Source: Prevotella sp.
Lineage (GTDB): Bacteria; Bacteroidota; Bacteroidia; Bacteroidales; Bacteroidaceae
Assembly (NCBI GenBank): GCA_016286575.1
Contig: JAEETB010000003.1
Location: 406 to 64,405 of the forward strand
DNA length: 64,000 nt
Direction: 5' to 3'
Below are positions 59,680-64,000 of this stretch, piece by piece. How positions within the stretch are numbered: position 1 is the stretch's first letter; every line of letters starts with the position of its first letter. A program made the position numbers and the translations under genes. The notes under the pieces were generated by a model, which searched no databases, had not been told where the DNA came from, and saw nothing but the letters and a program-made list of their open reading frames with translations.

Positions 59680-60279
59680 TTATAATTGCTGTAACCTGGC
59701 GATATATTTCCCAAGGATGTCGAATTCGAGATTAACGACCGTTCCCACCTTGATGTCGCAGAAGTTCGTGTGCTCGAAAGTGTAGGGGATGATGGCCACC
59801 TGGAAGGTATTCGAAGTGGGGTTGCAGACGGTCAGAGATACACCGTTGACTGTAACTGAGCCCTTGTCAACTGTGAAGTAACCCTTCTTCGCCATCTCAC
59901 GGTTCTCTGGATATTCGAAAGTGAAATAGGTACTGCCATCGGCATCTTCCATCGCGATACATTTGGCTGTCTCGTCGACATGTCCTTGAACGATATGCCC
60001 GTCGAGTCGTCCGTTCATCAGCATCGAACGCTCTACGTTCACCTTGTCGCCCACCTTCAGCAGACCGAGGTTCGTACGGTCGAGCGTCTCCTTCATGGCT
60101 GTCACCACGTATTGGTTGCCCTCAATGGACACAACGGTCAGACAGACGCCGTTATGGGCGACACTCTGGTCGATCTTCAGTTCATCGACAAATGAGCAAG
60201 TCAACGTAAAATCAATATTCTCGCGGTCTTTCTTAATCGCTACAACCGTAGCAAATTCCTCAATGATTCCAGAAAACAT
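59680..60279 (-). CDS. ribE: Riboflavin synthase alpha chain
   Basis: MFSGIIEE, SVAHNGVCLTV, VNVER, GHIVQGHVD, KGSVTVNGVSLTV and VNLEFD. Confidence 0.96.
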   Translation of the reverse strand: MFSGIIEEFATVVAIKKDRENIDFTLTCSFVDELKIDQSVAHNGVCLTVVSIEGNQYVVTAMKETLDRTNLGLLKVGDKVNVERSMLMNGRLDGHIVQGHVDETAKCIAMEDADGSTYFTFEYPENREMAKKGYFTVDKGSVTVNGVSLTVCNPTSNTFQVAIIPYTFEHTNFCDIKVGTVVNLEFDILGKYIARLQQL

Positions 60280-60289
60280 ACCTGAAATA

Positions 60290-60317
60290 TAATGTTTAAT
60301 CTTTAATGTTTAATGTA
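60290..60317 (+). repeat. Heptamer tandem repeat in the ribE leader
   Basis: taatgtt taatctt taatgtt taatgta. Confidence 0.8.
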
Positions 60318-60510
60318 AAAAAGGGTACGTGCCGATGATTTGGTGAAAACTCCTGTTTCACAAGATATGGGTGCTCCCTGCTGTTGTAATCCACCGGCAT
60401 TGCTGCTCTCCACTGAAGGATCATCGTGGCCCGCCATTGGCAAGGGAAACGGTCCCAAGGTTTATTTTAAATGTCGAGTATCCCGATCTATGCGGCACGA
60501 CCCGTATATT
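60317..60510 (-). ncRNA. ssrS: Probable 6S RNA (~190-nt rod-shaped ncRNA)
   Basis: -7 box TATCTTTG at 60516-60523. 5' GGGUCGUGCCG pairs with 3' CGGCACGUACCC, followed by U6. A-rich central bubble, then an inner UGGG..UUCCCU/AGGGAG..CCCA stem. Confidence 0.65.
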
Positions 60511-60573
60511 TTTTGCAAAGATACGTTTATTTTCGTAAACTTCCAAACCTTTTAGCATTTTTTATTCTTTATT

Positions 60574-63189
60574 TCAAGACCGTTTCGAACGGATCTTGTA
60601 GAATAGTGCCAGCAGCAGGAATACCGCTATGACACCATAGATGATCAGCGCAGGCTTCGACAGGAAGAAGGGCGATGGCACGATCACCTCCATCGTACGG
60701 ATATCATACTGGTCAGGCGACTCCAGCAGATAGGCCTTTACCTTGAAGGTATAAGTGCCTCCTGGTACGTTGCTGTAGGTAGCTGTCCGAAGATTGTTGG
60801 CACTATGCCAGTCGTCATCGTAACCCTCCAGCATGTACTGGTAGTGTACACGATGCTGCAGCTGATAGTTCAGGGCAGCGAAACGGAAGGCGAACTCTCC
60901 ACGACGGCTGGGCAGCTTTACGCTTCGGCTGCTGGGGATGTAGTAGTCGAAGTTCTTGTTCAGACGAGGACTCTGTATCTCGTTGTCGATGAGGAAGTCA
61001 GTGATCTGCAACTTCAACAGCGAACCGCTCGAGGCCATCAGCTTCTTCAGGTCTACCACATAGTAACCGTCGAGTGTTCCGAAGAGCAGGTCGCCATTGC
61101 CCAGGGTGACGGCATTACCCTCTGAGAGTACCGTCTCGTCGACACCGTCGAGGTAGGAGAAGCTGGTGACGATCTTGTTGGCGATGTCGAACGAACAGAG
61201 GATATGCTCAGTGGCGAACCAGGGGTTGCCTCGCTGGTCGAAGGTGATGCTGCGTATCTCCTCTGAGGGGATACCGTCTCGCGCACCGTAGTTCTCAAAG
61301 AGCCACAGACCGTCCTTCTTGCCAATGGTACAAGCCAGTCCACCACCGTTGCTGCCCAACCACATCGTTCCCTTGTTGTCGCACTTCATGCAGACGATAT
61401 CGTTGCTCATCAGCATCTGCTCGCCTGTCTCGGGCATCTGGAGCTTCTCAACGTTCACCTTATTATTCTTATACGAGAGGATCAGGATGCCGTCAGTGGT
61501 GCCTGCCCAGATGTTGCCTTCGTGGTCGACCTCGATGGTCCTTACCTTCATATATGAGTCCTTGGGATAGTCCTTCATGCCGTTGGCCGGACTCAGGAAG
61601 GTGGGGCTGTTGCTGGCTGCTCGTGGGAGCAGGTTCACACCACCGCCATAGGTGGCTATCCATACGTTGCCCGACTTGTCCTCGACGGCCATGTAGGCAC
61701 CGTTATGACTCAGACTCTGTGGGTTGTCATCCTGATGACGGTAGTTCTTCAGTGTCCATCCGCCGTTGGCTGCTGGCTGCATGTAATAGAGGCCGTTGTC
61801 CTTCGAACTGAGCCAGTAGTTGCCTTTCGAGTCTTTCGAGATGCCGTAGAAGCGTCCTAAGGGATTACCGTCCGAGTCCTTGGTGATCACTTCGCGCTTG
61901 CCGTTGTCGTAGTTGAGGAACAGGGTGCTGTACTTGTTGCCTATCAGAAGCAACTTACGCTGGATATCATAGTACATGGCACGGATCTCGTTCTCCCATG
62001 CTGAGCTGGGGTTAGGCACTGGACGGATGCGTACGATGTTGTTTTTCTGCAGTTCGAGCTTCTCCAGTCCTCTGTGGCTGGTCGACTCCCAAACGACACC
62101 TTCGGGCAGCTCGAGGGCGGCATAGACGGTGTTCGACAGGTTCCAGGGGTTGCTGGGATCGTTGTGGAAATACTCCACCTCGTCAGTCTCACGGTTGTAG
62201 TAGCCGTAGCCACCGTGGTTCATGCGTATCCACACCGTACCGTTGTTCTCCGTAAACTTACCGATCCTGCCGTCGAGTTCAGGTCCTGGTACTACTTGTC
62301 GGAACAGCTTCTCCTTGCCCGTCTTCGGATTCAGGCACGAGGCACCGGGACGACTGTCGCAGAACCAGATAAGGCCTTGGCTGTCCACATAGACGGTGAT
62401 GATGTAGATGCCTGTTGCTTTCCTGATGGTCTTGGGCTCTTGTCCTTGGGTAAAGGAAAATATCTTACCGTCAGCAGTGGCTGCATAGATGTTGAATCCG
62501 TTCGCGTCGAGACTCGTGATCTGCTCACCTGTCAGGATGTTCTTGGACTCCAGCGAGAGACTGCTCTTGTCGAGACGGTGGATGCCGTTGTTTGTACCCA
62601 GCCAGATGTCACCTTGATAACCCTCTGCCATACTCGTGATGCTCAGGTCGTCGATGGTCACCTTGTCGCGCTGCAGTCCATTGTGGTCCAGTCGCAGGAT
62701 ATAGAGGCCGTTGCCCTCGATGCTGACGAGTACATCGCCATTGCTGGTCACGAGCAGTGGACTGTTCGTACGGAATTCCTCGGCACCTTCGATGCCCTCA
62801 AAGGGATCGGTGAACCGGTCGGTATTACGGTCGAGCACGAACACGCGATGGTCGTACATCTTCAGCCATACGTTCTGCAACTGGTCGATCACCATATCGT
62901 CGATACGGTTGTGCAGGTTCTTGATACCACTGCCGTTGCCAGTCTTGTAGTTGAAGAAGTGGTAGCCGTCGAAGCGCGACAGACCATTCCAGGTGGCAAT
63001 CCAGATGTATCCGAACTCGTCCTGGTCGAGACCTGATATGACATTGCTGCACAACCCGTCATCTGTCGAGTAGTGGGTTCTGGTAGCCTTGATCTGCTGT
63101 GCGCTGACGCTGGTGCAAGCAAATGCCAGTATGCTAAGTATGATGGACTTCAGTCTCATTTTATGAATGTTAGGCAGAATAGATTTCAT
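60574..63189 (-). CDS. Beta-propeller + Y_Y_Y membrane-anchored sensor-like protein without cytoplasmic output domain
   Basis: Signal peptide, repeated D..G.IW..T..GL blades, YQYMLEGYD..W...ATYSNVPGGTYTFKVKA, one TM, then a stop after a short basic tail. Confidence 0.88.
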   Translation of the reverse strand: MKSILPNIHKMRLKSIILSILAFACTSVSAQQIKATRTHYSTDDGLCSNVISGLDQDEFGYIWIATWNGLSRFDGYHFFNYKTGNGSGIKNLHNRIDDMVIDQLQNVWLKMYDHRVFVLDRNTDRFTDPFEGIEGAEEFRTNSPLLVTSNGDVLVSIEGNGLYILRLDHNGLQRDKVTIDDLSITSMAEGYQGDIWLGTNNGIHRLDKSSLSLESKNILTGEQITSLDANGFNIYAATADGKIFSFTQGQEPKTIRKATGIYIITVYVDSQGLIWFCDSRPGASCLNPKTGKEKLFRQVVPGPELDGRIGKFTENNGTVWIRMNHGGYGYYNRETDEVEYFHNDPSNPWNLSNTVYAALELPEGVVWESTSHRGLEKLELQKNNIVRIRPVPNPSSAWENEIRAMYYDIQRKLLLIGNKYSTLFLNYDNGKREVITKDSDGNPLGRFYGISKDSKGNYWLSSKDNGLYYMQPAANGGWTLKNYRHQDDNPQSLSHNGAYMAVEDKSGNVWIATYGGGVNLLPRAASNSPTFLSPANGMKDYPKDSYMKVRTIEVDHEGNIWAGTTDGILILSYKNNKVNVEKLQMPETGEQMLMSNDIVCMKCDNKGTMWLGSNGGGLACTIGKKDGLWLFENYGARDGIPSEEIRSITFDQRGNPWFATEHILCSFDIANKIVTSFSYLDGVDETVLSEGNAVTLGNGDLLFGTLDGYYVVDLKKLMASSGSLLKLQITDFLIDNEIQSPRLNKNFDYYIPSSRSVKLPSRRGEFAFRFAALNYQLQHRVHYQYMLEGYDDDWHSANNLRTATYSNVPGGTYTFKVKAYLLESPDQYDIRTMEVIVPSPFFLSKPALIIYGVIAVFLLLALFYKIRSKRS

Positions 63190-63193
63190 GTTG

Positions 63194-63284
63194 CAAAGAT
63201 ACGAAAAGATTTTTAAACAAATGCATGTTTTGCAAATTATTTTTGAATTATTTTTGATTATTCCGAATATTCTTTTTATCTTTG
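63194..63284. promoter_or_regulatory. Divergent -7 promoter pair
   Basis: TATCTTTG (minus, 63194-63201; 4 nt before the ATG) and TATCTTTG (plus, 63277-63284). Confidence 0.75.
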
Positions 63285-63308
63285 CGCAAAATAAAATCAG
63301 AATGCCCT

Positions 63309-64000
63309 ATGACAAAGAAAATTTGTATCCTTGCTGGTGCAAGACCCAATTTCGTAAAAGTGTCGCCCCTGGTACGTGCGATTGAGAAATATCCTGAAGC
63401 AGAATACCTGCTCGTCTATGCTGGTTCAGAGGACGATCCTACACTCGAGTCCTCACTCTTCGACGATCTCCAGATGCCTCGTCCGCAGTACTATCTGGGT
63501 GTCGACTCCGTGAGCCTGAATGAGATTACCAGTCAGGTCATGGCCCAGTTCGACCGTTTCCTCGACGAACATCCTGTCGACGTGGTGATCGTGGTCGACG
63601 ACCTTGCCTCGACGATGGCTGCAGCGATTGTCACGAAGAAGCGTGGCATCCGTCTGGGTCACCTGGTGGCTGGTACGCGTTCCTTTAATATCAATATGCC
63701 GAAGGAGATCAACCGTCTCGTCATTGATGCCCTCAGCGACTACCTCTTCACGGCTGGCGTGCGCTCTACGGGCGTGGCTACGCGCGAGCAGTCTGAACAG
63801 TCGCAGACCTATATGGTGGGCAATATCCTCATGGATACCCTGCGTTTCAACTACAGCCGTTTCAAGAAGCCTGTATCATTGGCAGATCTTCGTGAGGGCG
63901 AGTACATCGTCTTCACTCTTAACCGCAAGGCGCTGATTGCCAATCAGGACAACCTGGCTCGTATGATCGAGGCAATGGCTGAGGCTGCTGGCGATGTGCC
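63309..64000 (+). CDS. UDP-GlcNAc 2-epimerase (WecB)-like protein with substituted catalytic motifs (partial; missing from the ORF track)
   Basis: Manual translation: MTKKICILAGARPNFVKVSP...VVDDLAST...HLVAGTRS..MPKEINR..D..SDYLF...VGNILMDTL..TLNR. Confidence 0.88.
   Translation, partial: MTKKICILAGARPNFVKVSPLVRAIEKYPEAEYLLVYAGSEDDPTLESSLFDDLQMPRPQYYLGVDSVSLNEITSQVMAQFDRFLDEHPVDVVIVVDDLASTMAAAIVTKKRGIRLGHLVAGTRSFNINMPKEINRLVIDALSDYLFTAGVRSTGVATREQSEQSQTYMVGNILMDTLRFNYSRFKKPVSLADLREGEYIVFTLNRKALIANQDNLARMIEAMAEAAGDV

Noticed and set aside
60317-60510. FMN riboswitch upstream of ribE
   Set aside because: The FMN aptamer consensus is absent; the rod-like fold fits a 6S-type RNA better.
62074-63036. 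320-aa ORF antisense to the propeller protein
   Set aside because: Shadow frame in GC-rich coding sequence, with no independent evidence.

Overview
This 64 kb window looks like a Bacteroidota chromosome, most likely Prevotellaceae, judged from TAnnTTTG -7 promoter boxes and gene content. Positions ~1-45.9 kb hold a large, mostly AT-rich surface/exopolysaccharide locus. It includes many GT2/GT4 glycosyltransferases, five intact acyltransferase-3 genes, SGNH, CE4 and GH16 enzymes, glf, Wzm/Wzt, a Wzy/ligase-like protein, a Wzc-like protein, a short TolC-like protein, a pseudo-receiver-fused priming transferase and a single-domain receiver. The left part is broken into divergent and convergent mini-units. 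Three apparent insertions sit inside it: a gtrB + GT-C cassette bounded by a duplicated ubiA 3' end, a DUF6078 + VirE-like module with inverted terminal sites and a 22-bp palindrome array, and an inverted-repeat-bounded small-ORF cassette. Positions ~46-64 kb are housekeeping genes (xylB, fcl-gmd-manC, dedA, TPR, glnS, mltG, malQ, HAD, ribE, a probable 6S RNA, an orphan propeller sensor and a degenerate WecB). The most striking signal is a 75-77 bp structured mini-element with compensatory stem changes, present three times: twice at duplicated promoter -7 boxes and once in frame inside glnS. There is also a family of 7-bp tandem repeats in genes and at gene junctions. All family assignments come from motifs recognised by eye; no database searches were run.
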